Source: Candidatus Shapirobacteria bacterium
GTDB lineage: Bacteria; Patescibacteriota; Microgenomatia; UBA12405
Length of the DNA: 64,000 nt
Reading direction: 5' to 3'
Assembly (NCBI GenBank): GCA_016188545.1
Contig: JACPHO010000001.1
Coordinates: 175,336 to 239,335 of the forward strand
Made by a program: the position numbers and the translations under genes. Each line of letters opens with the position of its first letter. The first letter of the stretch is position 1. Shown one piece after another: positions 1 to 8,557 of the stretch. Below the pieces are notes generated by a model. The model was not told where the DNA came from and did not search any database. It worked only from the letters and a program-made list of their open reading frames with translations.

Positions 1-38
1 TGAAGTACTATAATTCTAGATTACTGATTACAAAACAA

Positions 39-509
39 ATGTCAAAGAAAATATTGTCAGTCTTTGTCCTTGGTCTACTAATTGGTGCTTTCGTTACCTC
101 AGGTCCACCCAATGTCGAGCCAGTCATCGCTGTCCGAAGAACTACCCCAACTCCAACCAGAGTTTCTACCCCTACTCCCTCTCCGGTTCAAAACCAAGTT
201 GGTGGTTTCTACAAAGACCTCACCGGTGCCAACTTGGATAGTGCATTTTTGGCCTACCACGATTTTTCCGGATTTACTTTTACCAATGCATCATTAAGGT
301 ATGTCAATTTACATTCAGCCTATCTGAACAATGCTTCCATGAATGGCGCAGACTTTACCGGAGCAAATCTTACTGGAGTTAATATCACCGGAACCAAGTT
401 AGATGGTGTTAAGTGGTATTCATGTCCACAAGGAGAAGGTCAGTGTGGAACCACCACTTGTCCCGACGGTATCACTTTTCTAAGCACCGATGGTGCTGTT
501 TGTTTCTAA
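39..509 (+). CDS. Secreted pentapeptide-repeat protein: N-terminal TM/signal, PT-rich linker, pentapeptide repeats
   Basis: N-terminal hydrophobic segment; TPTPTR/STPTPSP linker; consecutive A(D/N)LxG-type pentapeptide repeats (ANLDSAFLAY..ADFTGANLTGVNITGTKLDG). Confidence 0.6.
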   Translation: MSKKILSVFVLGLLIGAFVTSGPPNVEPVIAVRRTTPTPTRVSTPTPSPVQNQVGGFYKDLTGANLDSAFLAYHDFSGFTFTNASLRYVNLHSAYLNNASMNGADFTGANLTGVNITGTKLDGVKWYSCPQGEGQCGTTTCPDGITFLSTDGAVCF

Positions 510-548
510 AAAGACCGTAATTTGTTTCATCTCCTCCCCTAGGGGTTT

Positions 549-1781
549 TTACTCTTGGTCAAAAGAATAAACAATTTTTGTGAATTGTTTATTAAATTCT
601 CCAACTTCACTTTTTACATCTTCTCCTCTCATTGCCCGGTCCATCAGGGCTGCAATTACAGACATTTCTTGCTCTTTCATTCCCCGATGAGTTAGCTCTT
701 GAGTCCCGATACGAATGAATATGCGACCATCGGCCAATTCGGAACTTTCAAAATTTGTTGAAATATTGTTGTCAACCAACCTTTTGTACAGCTTTAACCT
801 ATCGCCTTTGTCATCAATAAAAACATGAGCTTGGTGGTTTTCTGAATATCGACCGGTATTTGCTCTTCTGACATCATATCCCAATCCTTCAAATGCTTCG
901 GCAATCACATTTGAATTTGAGATTATCTGTTTTGCATAATCCTGGCCAAATTCTTTCATCTCCAAAATTGCCGTAGATAAGGCGATAAGATGAGACACTT
1001 GGTTGGTAGAATACAAACATCCATCGATAACTTTATTTGCTTTTTCTGCCAAGTCTGTGTCTCGAAACGCAATCATTCCTTTGTGTGGTCCAGGTAAAGT
1101 TTTGTGAGTATTGGCACAAATCACATTGGCTCCTTCTTCCAAAGGTGACTGAAATTGTCCACCCATAATTAGACCAATGGTGTGACTGGCATCATAAATT
1201 ATGATGACATCACTCCCTACAGCCTCACGAATTTCTTTTAAGTTATGAGCATTTAAGTAATATGAAACATCAAGATATATAGCCTTGACATTATTTTCTT
1301 TAACTACTTGACCAATTTTATTTGAGTCAAATTTTAAATTCGGAAAATTATAATCTGCAAAAACATGTTTTCTACCAATCCTGTCTAATATTCCCTTGGT
1401 TGCAAAATGTCCCCCATATTCTAGTGGTACTGTCATAACCACATCTCCTGGCTCTGTCGTTGCCAAAATTGTTGACATCATAGCGTGAACGCCAGACAAA
1501 ACATTAAGGTTAATGCCATTTGCATGTAACATTTCTTTGGCTGCGTTATTTGCTAGTTCAACCAATTCTTCGACGCCACTTATTCCCAAAGCGGTAAAAT
1601 GCCCAAAATCTACAATATTGTTTTGATCTCCACCACCCATAAAATATCGTTCATTAATTTTTGAATCCAAAAACATCCTTGTTGTTTTAGACATTTGATT
1701 CTCATTCGCAGTCAAATGAAGAATGCTATTATTTCTGACCTCATTAAGTTTAATTTTGTCTAAAACATTATTTATATTCAT
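549..1781 (-). CDS. glyA: Serine hydroxymethyltransferase-like PLP enzyme (divergent). Start probably the internal Met near 1781, not the ORF start at 1874
   Basis: THKTLPGPHKG matches the SHMT PLP-lysine motif THKTLxGPRGG; C-terminal RIGTQELTHRGMKEQE matches SHMT RVGTPAxTRRG; LTANEN matches IASENF. Confidence 0.55.
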   Translation of the reverse strand: MNINNVLDKIKLNEVRNNSILHLTANENQMSKTTRMFLDSKINERYFMGGGDQNNIVDFGHFTALGISGVEELVELANNAAKEMLHANGINLNVLSGVHAMMSTILATTEPGDVVMTVPLEYGGHFATKGILDRIGRKHVFADYNFPNLKFDSNKIGQVVKENNVKAIYLDVSYYLNAHNLKEIREAVGSDVIIIYDASHTIGLIMGGQFQSPLEEGANVICANTHKTLPGPHKGMIAFRDTDLAEKANKVIDGCLYSTNQVSHLIALSTAILEMKEFGQDYAKQIISNSNVIAEAFEGLGYDVRRANTGRYSENHQAHVFIDDKGDRLKLYKRLVDNNISTNFESSELADGRIFIRIGTQELTHRGMKEQEMSVIAALMDRAMRGEDVKSEVGEFNKQFTKIVYSFDQE

Positions 1782-1860
1782 GTAAGGATTATATCTTACA
1801 GATATTACTTGTGACAGCCTACGCCATAAATCGAAAACGATGGTGTAAAATAGATATCTT

Positions 1861-2319
1861 ATGACACCTATCACCTCGTTGGGTCTTTCCCGACTCCGCG
1901 AACATCTTCAGGAACTAAAAACTGAGCTAGTCCGGACCTTTGATGAGCGTAGTGCTGCTGCTGCCGAAGGGGACTTAAAAGAAAACTCAGCCTACATCTT
2001 TATGACCGAACGTGCTCATGTCCTCCAGTCCCAAATCGACAAAGCCTCCGCCGATATTAAGGATGCCTCGATTATCATTCCCCCAAAAGATACTCACAAA
2101 GTCGCTCTAGGTCACCGGGTCAAAGTCCTTTTTAAAAACGAAAATCGTGAGTTAACCTTAACTTTGGTTGGTAAAAACGACAACGCGCTTAAGCCCGGCT
2201 GGATTTCTGCCGATAGCCCATTAGGCATTGCCATTCTTGGTCGACCCGCCGGTACTTCAGTTATCGTCAACGATCAACCAGTTGCTATTCTGGAGATTAC
2301 GCACGGTGATATCGAATGA
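1861..2319 (+). CDS. greA: Transcription elongation factor GreA
   Basis: GDLKENSAY motif; C-terminal ISADSPLGIAILGRPAGTSV is FKBP-like. Confidence 0.7.
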   Translation: MTPITSLGLSRLREHLQELKTELVRTFDERSAAAAEGDLKENSAYIFMTERAHVLQSQIDKASADIKDASIIIPPKDTHKVALGHRVKVLFKNENRELTLTLVGKNDNALKPGWISADSPLGIAILGRPAGTSVIVNDQPVAILEITHGDIE

Positions 2320-2380
2320 CATGTTCCCAGATAAAAAGTGATATATTTCGTCTTTTCTTCGGGTATGATAAATTGTATTT

Positions 2381-3264
2381 ATGAATACAATATCGCCAGT
2401 CGTTTTTGAAAATATTCAAATCCGTCGCGAGTATGATAGCCGAAAAGAAACCTGGTATTTTTCAATTGTTGATATTATATCAGTCTTGATTTCTCAACCT
2501 GACCATAAAAAGGCTCAAAGTTATTGGACAACTTTAAAAAATCGTCTCAAAGACGAAGGTAGTCAGGTCGTCACAAGATGTGACCAACTGAAATTACTAG
2601 CATCTGATGGCAAAAAGTATCTCACCGACGTTGCCGATACAGAAACTCTATTTCGTTTAATCCAATCAATTCCCTCCCCAAAAGCCGAGCCAATCAAGCT
2701 TTGGTTGGCCAAAGTCGGTCATGAACGAGTTCAAGAGATTGCCGACCCCGAGAAATCAATTAATCGTGCCAGATCAATCTGGCAGAAGTCAGGTAGAAGT
2801 CAAAAGTGGATCCAGCAGCGTACGGTTGGTCAAGAAACCCGTAACAAACTAACTGATTATTGGGCCGATCATGAGATAACCAAAGCCCAAGAGTTTGCCA
2901 TTCTCACCAATCTAATTCATCAAGAATGGTCTGGTGTTTCTGTAAAATCTCACAAAAATATTAAGGGTCTAAAACATCAAAATCTTCGCGACCACACCTG
3001 CCTGCCGGCAGGCAGGTGACCGATACCGAGCTATCCACTCGTCAAATCTCCGAAACAATCGAGGCAACTGGTCTAATGGAAAACAAAACTGCTGGACACG
3101 AAGGTGGTCAAATATCAAAAGAAGCCAGACTAAAACTAGAACAAAAAACCGGCAAAAAAATAGTTTCCAACGAGAACTATCTATCTGATGTGTCCACAGC
3201 TTTTTCCAACGCTAAAGATGCAATTAAATATCTTCGCAAATCAACCAAGTCAAAATCAAGATAA
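2381..3264 (+). pseudogene. dinD: DNA-damage-inducible protein D (DinD)-like gene split into two ORFs (2381-3019 and 3016-3264) by a 22-24 bp palindromic insertion
   Basis: N-terminal part ends HQNLRDH + TCLPAGR*; the second ORF starts VTDTELSTRQISETIEATG; together they align to E. coli DinD (...KILDHMGSTELAAN...). Removing ~23 nt restores the frame. Confidence 0.5.
2995..3018. repeat. Perfect GC-rich palindrome CACCTGCCTGCCGGCAGGCAGGTG; the core ACCTGCCTGCCGGCAGGCAGGT recurs at 57976-57997
   Basis: Read directly; perfect 24-bp inverted repeat in an AT-rich context. Confidence 0.9.
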
Positions 3265-3314
3265 TATTAACAGTCAACTCTACCGGTAACTAACATTCTG
3301 GCTTATAATCAGGT

Positions 3315-4289
3315 ATGAAAAATCGTGTCGGTCTTGGAACATTCCCACTAGCAGGTGTATTTAGTCCAATCACTACTGATGATGCTGAAAAGTTAGTCAA
3401 GAAGTTCATCGACTTAGGCGGTTATTACTTTGACACCGCCCCGCTTTATGGCAATGGAGAAATCGAGAAATTGCTCGGTAGAGTATTAAGGTCAGTTCCC
3501 AGAGAAAACTATTACATTGGTACCAAAACAATAAAGCATGTTGACGAAAACGGAAAACTATTTAAGAGCGGAAAATACGATGATGTGGTCAAACAGATTG
3601 ACAACTCACTCTTGCGATTAAATACCGACTATGTGGATCTATTGATGGTTCACCAGCCAGACGAAAGTGTCCCTATCGAAGAGACATTAAAGGCGATGGA
3701 GCACCTTCAAAAAGTTGGTAAAGTCAAAGAATTGGCAGTCTCCAATGTCGATTTAGACGAGCTAAAAGAATACAACCAAACGGGAAAAATAAAATATGTC
3801 CAAAATAGATTTAGTCTAATTAGTCGAAGTTTATCTCCAGAGTTCGAGAAATACTTACTGGATAACCAAATATATTTACTCCCATATCATTTGCTGGAAA
3901 TCGGTTTACTAACAGGAATCGCATTTGAAAAATATAAACTAAGAGAAGGGGACTTGAGAGAGAAGCTGTCATATTGGAGTAATGAAAATCAAAAGGTAAT
4001 TTTCGAATGGGTTAGAAATTCACTGGCTCCTATCTCAAAAAAATTAGGTATAACGATTGGGCAACTCAACCAAGCTTGGGCACTTCACCAGTCATTCATA
4101 GATTACATTGTTGTTGGTACTACCAATCCCGAATATCTTCAAATAAATCTTAATTCAAGTGACATAAAATTAAATAGAGAAACCTTGGCTGAAATCGAAA
4201 CTGTCTACAAAAAACTCGAAGAAAATATAAAACAAAAATACGGTCAGACAATGAGGGAGTTCAGAGGCCTAAATGAAAAGTTTTACTAA
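3315..4289 (+). CDS. Aldo/keto reductase family oxidoreductase
   Basis: AKR N-terminal signature GLGTFPLAG...YYFDTAPLYGNGE and later AKR family motifs. Confidence 0.75.
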   Translation: MKNRVGLGTFPLAGVFSPITTDDAEKLVKKFIDLGGYYFDTAPLYGNGEIEKLLGRVLRSVPRENYYIGTKTIKHVDENGKLFKSGKYDDVVKQIDNSLLRLNTDYVDLLMVHQPDESVPIEETLKAMEHLQKVGKVKELAVSNVDLDELKEYNQTGKIKYVQNRFSLISRSLSPEFEKYLLDNQIYLLPYHLLEIGLLTGIAFEKYKLREGDLREKLSYWSNENQKVIFEWVRNSLAPISKKLGITIGQLNQAWALHQSFIDYIVVGTTNPEYLQINLNSSDIKLNRETLAEIETVYKKLEENIKQKYGQTMREFRGLNEKFY

Positions 4290-4308
4290 GTAGACTGTCA
4301 CGGGTTCA

Positions 4309-5019
4309 CTATCTCATCACATATCCCGCACAAACATCCAAACATATTCCCGTAATATGAGCTGACTCGTCGGTGGCTAAAAAATAAACTGCATTGGCAA
4401 TGTCTTCCGGTTCTCCCATTCTTTTCAAAAGTGTCGCCTCAACTAGCTGGGCTACCCGCTCAGGGTTGTAATTTTTCATCATATCAGTGTTTGTCGCTCC
4501 AGGAGCAACTGCGTTTACCCTAATCTTTGGTGCTAGCTGCCTAGCCATACTTTTTGTAAACCCAAGTAATGCGGCTTTGGTACCTGCATAAATTGGGTCA
4601 GAACTGCCAACATGGGACACGGTCGAAGAAATATTAATTATCGTCCCTTCAGCCATTTTGTCCAAAACATTCTTGGTGCACAGGTAAACACCAACTTCAT
4701 TCACCATAACTACCTTGTTAATTGTCTCAATATCGTAGTTATTCAGTCCTTTTACGTAGGAAAACATTCCTGCATTGTTAACCAAACAGTCTATTTGTCC
4801 AAAGTCTTTAAATGCTCGATCAAATGACTCAGAAATACTTTTTGAATCAGACATATCCATCTGGTAGTATTTGCAGTTTTCAATTTCCGGACCTGGTTTT
4901 GTTCTATAAAAACCAGCAACCGACCAACCATTACCCGAGAATTTTTTTGCAGTCGCTAGACCAATTCCTCTGGAAGCACCAGTAATGAATACTACTTTTT
5001 TCATACCTGATTTTATCAT
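4309..5019 (-). CDS. Short-chain dehydrogenase/reductase (FabG-like)
   Basis: TGASRGIG Rossmann motif, NNAG, YxxxK (YAGTKAAL). Confidence 0.75.
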   Translation of the reverse strand: MIKSGMKKVVFITGASRGIGLATAKKFSGNGWSVAGFYRTKPGPEIENCKYYQMDMSDSKSISESFDRAFKDFGQIDCLVNNAGMFSYVKGLNNYDIETINKVVMVNEVGVYLCTKNVLDKMAEGTIINISSTVSHVGSSDPIYAGTKAALLGFTKSMARQLAPKIRVNAVAPGATNTDMMKNYNPERVAQLVEATLLKRMGEPEDIANAVYFLATDESAHITGICLDVCAGYVMR

Positions 5020-5043
5020 TCAACCAATCAACTCAGCCAGTGG

Positions 5044-5090
5044 CTATTCAATCAAACAAAAAAAATCCCCCCGATTTCTCGAGGGGATTT
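5044..5090 (-). terminator. Rho-independent terminator for the RRM-protein gene (minus strand)
   Basis: AAATCCCC-12 nt loop-GGGGATTT hairpin followed on the minus strand by a T8 run. Confidence 0.6.
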
Positions 5091-5108
5091 AAATTTAACT
5101 AAATAAAT

Positions 5109-5468
5109 TTAGTAGTTGTCACCACCGCCGTAGCTTCCGCCACCGCGATTGTTTCCACCACCATATCCACCACTTCTTTGTGGACCACGTGAGTAATTAT
5201 CACGTCGTGGGGGTCGATCTTCCATTGGGCGAGCTTCGTTGACCCGAAGTGTTCGACCTTCGAATTCTTTACCATCCCACATGGAGATAGCAGCATTCAT
5301 TACTTCCTCAGATTCGACTTCTACAAATCCGAAACCCTTGGATTGACCAGAGAATTTATCTTTAATAACAACTACTGAAACGATTGTTCCAGCTTGCGCA
5401 AAAGCTTCGCGCAGACTATCTTCGGTGGTTTGATAAGACAAGCCGCCTACGTACAATTTTTTTACCAT
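5109..5468 (-). CDS. RRM-type RNA-binding protein with Gly-rich C-terminal tail
   Basis: RNP-1/RNP-2 (LYVGGL, KGFGFVE); GGYGGG tail. Confidence 0.7.
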   Translation of the reverse strand: MVKKLYVGGLSYQTTEDSLREAFAQAGTIVSVVVIKDKFSGQSKGFGFVEVESEEVMNAAISMWDGKEFEGRTLRVNEARPMEDRPPRRDNYSRGPQRSGGYGGGNNRGGGSYGGGDNY

Positions 5469-5561
5469 TCTGTAAAAAACTATTAATAATGTAGTGGCCT
5501 CTCCCTCAAACTTTACTTCAAAGAATCATCCCTACAAGTAAGCATTATACCTTAATTCCTG

Positions 5562-6125
5562 TTATTCCACTACTTCTTCTTCCAAGACCACTTCATCTCC
5601 CGAATCTACCGGTGCAGTTTTAGCCGCTGGCATCGGTGTTGGGTAAGTCAGCGTAAAGCTATCGGTTATCTGTGTACTACTTTTACTGTCTGTCGAATAC
5701 TCCAAAGTAAACAGTATATTGTCGTCAATAATACCAATGGTGGTCATTCCCCCCTTAACTACTTTTTTACCTGGTTTACCGCTTAATTCACTATCTATAA
5801 TTACTCCATCTTTGAACTTGGCTTCGCCTTTTACCCAGGCACTTACATCTTTATACTTGCTATCTATGGCCATTATTTTTAGTCCATCAGTGGTTGTCAA
5901 GTTGGCATATGAAGTATTGTCATTCGAATCAGTCGTCACTTTAATCGTCCCCGGATAACTAAAAACAAATCCCGCTTCATCTGTCCAAGTTAGGGTATTT
6001 ATTGTTGGAATTGGTGTTTGTTCTGGTACCATTGTCGGTGTTTGCTGTTTTGGTGGTGTTATTTTTGTGCACGCTCCCAACACCATACTCACAAAAACCA
6101 CCATCAGCAATTTGTGTTTTGTCAT
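5562..6125 (-). CDS. Putative lipoprotein of unknown function
   Basis: Signal peptide with lipobox-like LGAC; no recognised domain. Confidence 0.4.
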   Translation of the reverse strand: MTKHKLLMVVFVSMVLGACTKITPPKQQTPTMVPEQTPIPTINTLTWTDEAGFVFSYPGTIKVTTDSNDNTSYANLTTTDGLKIMAIDSKYKDVSAWVKGEAKFKDGVIIDSELSGKPGKKVVKGGMTTIGIIDDNILFTLEYSTDSKSSTQITDSFTLTYPTPMPAAKTAPVDSGDEVVLEEEVVE

Positions 6126-6148
6126 AAGCTAAGATAACATAAACCATC

Positions 6149-6577
6149 ATGAAAAACTCTTTGTTTTCAGTTTTTATTTTTTACTTTTTATTTTTTACTT
6201 TTGTTTCTTCTGCCAATGCAGCTAAGAAACGAGTCTATGGTTCCACCGCTGTAGTTTCCACCACCTCCAAATCAGTTGTTGTTTCACCCCGTCTTCGCCG
6301 CGATAAAGGTGCCCTCCTTCTAAATGTCAGCGGCCTGTCTACAGTCAAGTCTCTTACCTACGAACTAACTTATACTGGTAGTGGGCAGGATCAGGGTGTT
6401 TTTGGGTCAATTGAACCTTCAACTTCCGGCAATAGTACTTCAAGATCTCTTTACTTTGGTACCTGTTCGCATAACGTTTGCAACCCTCACTCGGGTGTCA
6501 AAAACGCCCGTCTCACTGTCACCATCAAAACTTCCGCCGGTAAAAACATCATCCGCCGTTATCGCATCAAAACTTAA
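6149..6577 (+). CDS. Secreted hypothetical protein
   Basis: N-terminal signal peptide (FLFFTFVSSANA). Confidence 0.4.
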   Translation: MKNSLFSVFIFYFLFFTFVSSANAAKKRVYGSTAVVSTTSKSVVVSPRLRRDKGALLLNVSGLSTVKSLTYELTYTGSGQDQGVFGSIEPSTSGNSTSRSLYFGTCSHNVCNPHSGVKNARLTVTIKTSAGKNIIRRYRIKT

Positions 6578-7100
6578 ATGGATCTAAAAAAAATATATTC
6601 GTGAAGTTCACAATTGGACGATAGAAGGTGTTAATTTCAAGGACATTACTACGATTCTCCAAGATCATACAGTGTTCAAATATACCGTTGATGAGATGGT
6701 AAAACCTTATCGCGATCAAAAGATCGACAAAATTATTGCCATCGATGCCCGCGGATTTCTTCTGGCCACCCCCATGGCATATCTAATGAATGCCAGTGTT
6801 AGTCTCGTTCGCAAAAAAGGTAAGCTACCCTATCTCTCTATCGAAGAGGAGTATCAAAAATAATATAGTCCTGATATTTTAACAATGCACCAAGACGCCA
6901 TCACCCCTGGCGAAAAAGTAGTTGTAGTTGATGACATTTTAGCCACCGGAGGTACTATGAAAGCTTCCATTAAGATGATTGAAAAACTTGGCGGCGAAGT
7001 TGTCGGCTGTAGTTTCATTATTGACCTACCCTTTTTGGGTGGCAGTCAATTACTCAAAAAATACCCCCTCCACTTTCTTGTCTCCTACGATTCGGAATAG
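6578..7100 (+). pseudogene. apt: Adenine phosphoribosyltransferase, disrupted: frameshift in an A8 run (6586-6593) and an in-frame TAA (6861-6863)
   Basis: Three frames align colinearly to APRT: MDLKKI..(shift)..IEGVNFKDITTILQDHTVFKYTVD..IDARGFLL.., then VVVVDDILATGGT PRPP motif; ORFs 6672-6863 and 6885-7100 are separated by a TAA. Confidence 0.55.
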
Positions 7101-7128
7101 TTACTCTTTTGTGATACAATCAACACAT
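7059..7128 (+). repeat. Copy 1 of a ~70-bp direct repeat: apt 3'-end (..KKYPLHFLVSYDSE*) + extended -10 (TGATACAAT) + start of small ORF
   Basis: ~85% identical to 7455-7522. Confidence 0.8.
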
Positions 7129-7452
7129 ATGACACTTTCATCCACTTTTTTTGATATGTTTCCCACACCAGAATCCGTAGCTAAACAAACGGACGAAAAT
7201 GCAGATGCACTCAGACAGCAAAGGCTCCAAATAACATCCCTCGCTAGTAGTCGTCAGGTTCGCAAGGCTCGGTCTGCAATTCAGCATATCGCTCAGGCAG
7301 AGCCAGTCAGAGACAACTTTTTCTTTCAACCAGTAGGTAGACTGAAGCCTATTGTCTCGATAGAAGACATTCCGTCAGCCGTCTTAGCCAAAGACACCCT
7401 TACCCGTGTAATAGCCAGTGACGTTTTGTTGACAAGGCGAAGAAAAGCTTAA
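7129..7452 (+). CDS. Small hypothetical protein (cassette copy 1), probably leaderless
   Basis: ATG 8 nt after TGATACAAT extended -10; its C-terminal half resembles the N-terminus of the next ORF (F.FQP..V...P..L..RV..S..L..RRK). Confidence 0.35.
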   Translation: MTLSSTFFDMFPTPESVAKQTDENADALRQQRLQITSLASSRQVRKARSAIQHIAQAEPVRDNFFFQPVGRLKPIVSIEDIPSAVLAKDTLTRVIASDVLLTRRRKA

Positions 7453-7454
7453 TC

Positions 7455-7522
7455 AATACCCCTCCACTTTCTTGTCTCCTACGATTCAGAATAGTCACTA
7501 TCTTGTGCTACAATCCACACAT
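7455..7522 (+). repeat. Copy 2 of the ~70-bp direct repeat (pseudo-apt 3' end + TGCTACAAT extended -10)
   Basis: Read directly; aataccc(c)tccactttcttgtctcctacgattc(g/a)gaatag... Confidence 0.8.
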
Positions 7523-7813
7523 ATGAACAAATTCACGTTCCAGCCCCAAACTATATTTGTTGACGAAAGCCTTGTCCGCACTCCAGAAACTGCTCTAAAG
7601 ATGGCTACTGCCATAAGAGTTCTTGAGTCCCGACGTAAGCTATTAGATCATGATATTTTTGTCACTGGTGACGGATCGCCAGCCGTCACACCTCTCGATA
7701 AAAGCATGGTAGGTATTCAGTTAAGGTGCGACCTTTTGTTTGCACTAGCACACCAGTCAACTGTCGAATCATCACTAATGTTAAGGGAGACCAAACGTCG
7801 TCTTGACAAATAG
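7523..7813 (+). CDS. Small hypothetical protein (cassette copy 2), probably leaderless
   Basis: ATG 8 nt after TGCTACAAT; diverged paralog of the preceding ORF. Confidence 0.35.
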   Translation: MNKFTFQPQTIFVDESLVRTPETALKMATAIRVLESRRKLLDHDIFVTGDGSPAVTPLDKSMVGIQLRCDLLFALAHQSTVESSLMLRETKRRLDK

Positions 7814-7841
7814 GGTTTTATCTAGATTCTCTTTTTAGTCT

Positions 7842-7885
7842 CTTGACTTCGGGTTTTATTCAAATCATGAAATTTGTGTTATAAT
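7842..7885 (+). promoter_or_regulatory. Conserved 20-mer CTTGACTTCGGGTTTTATTC (also at 8218-8237) plus extended -10 TGTTATAAT at 7877-7885
   Basis: Read directly; ATG at 7892 lies 6 nt after the -10, implying a leaderless transcript. Confidence 0.45.
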
Positions 7886-7891
7886 ATTCAC

Positions 7892-8113
7892 ATGAACGCC
7901 AAGACCATCAATAATCTTGATAGAGGTTTAGCTGCCAGAGATGCAGCCATCGACATCCTGGAAGCCGGAGTTAGTTCGTTATCAGGCGATATGGCTAGAT
8001 TCATCAGAGGTCTAAAAGTTAATACTAACCTTGATGAAAATTTAGCTGCCAGAGATGCAGCCATCGACAGCCTAAGAGCCAGGTGGGATAAATTGAAACC
8101 TAAGCTTCCCTAA
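7892..8113 (+). CDS. Small protein with internal duplication (NLDxxLAARDAAIDxL twice)
   Basis: 28-bp exact DNA repeat ttagctgccagagatgcagccatcgaca at ~7927 and ~8044. Confidence 0.35.
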   Translation: MNAKTINNLDRGLAARDAAIDILEAGVSSLSGDMARFIRGLKVNTNLDENLAARDAAIDSLRARWDKLKPKLP

Positions 8114-8289
8114 CCAGACCAACACGTCCTATATTCTTTATCAAAATCGAGTTTAATAAAGTAACCAGTTTGTTCTGTTCCAAATTTATAAATCCCGTTT
8201 CGCATATTTTTTGCTACCTTGACTTCGGGTTTTATTCGGGTTAAATTTATCTAGTTTGTTTTTACTTTTTATTTTTTACTTTTGAATTT

Positions 8290-8538
8290 ATGCAATTAGA
8301 TGTTCCCGTTTCTGTCATCTCTTCTTTTAACCACCATCTCAAAATAGTTTCTCCCCGCAAAGTTCTCTTTGGTGGTCGGGAATATTACGTCACCAAAATT
8401 GGTCTTCATCACACTCATCGTATTGGTCGCACTCTCTATCATGTCTTTTCGGTTGCCGCCAACCACACTTTCCTTAAGTTGAGTCTCAACACCGATAACC
8501 TCTTTTGGAGTTTGGAAGATATTTCTGATGAAGTTTAA
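8290..8538 (+). CDS. Small hypothetical protein immediately upstream of dinB
   Basis: ORF preceded by the second copy of the CTTGACTTCGGGTTTTATTC motif; no homology recognised. Confidence 0.25.
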   Translation: MQLDVPVSVISSFNHHLKIVSPRKVLFGGREYYVTKIGLHHTHRIGRTLYHVFSVAANHTFLKLSLNTDNLFWSLEDISDEV

Positions 8539-8557
8539 TCCGGCCGCCTCATCGGTC

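Noticed and set aside
82-297. 71-aa ORF nested in another frame of the pentapeptide-repeat gene
   Set aside because: Fully contained in a better-supported gene on the same strand; no features.
6861-6863. In-frame TAA in apt as evidence of stop-codon reassignment
   Set aside because: TAA, TGA and TAG all terminate many well-supported genes in this window (for example greA, dinB, metG, folD). The standard code is in use.
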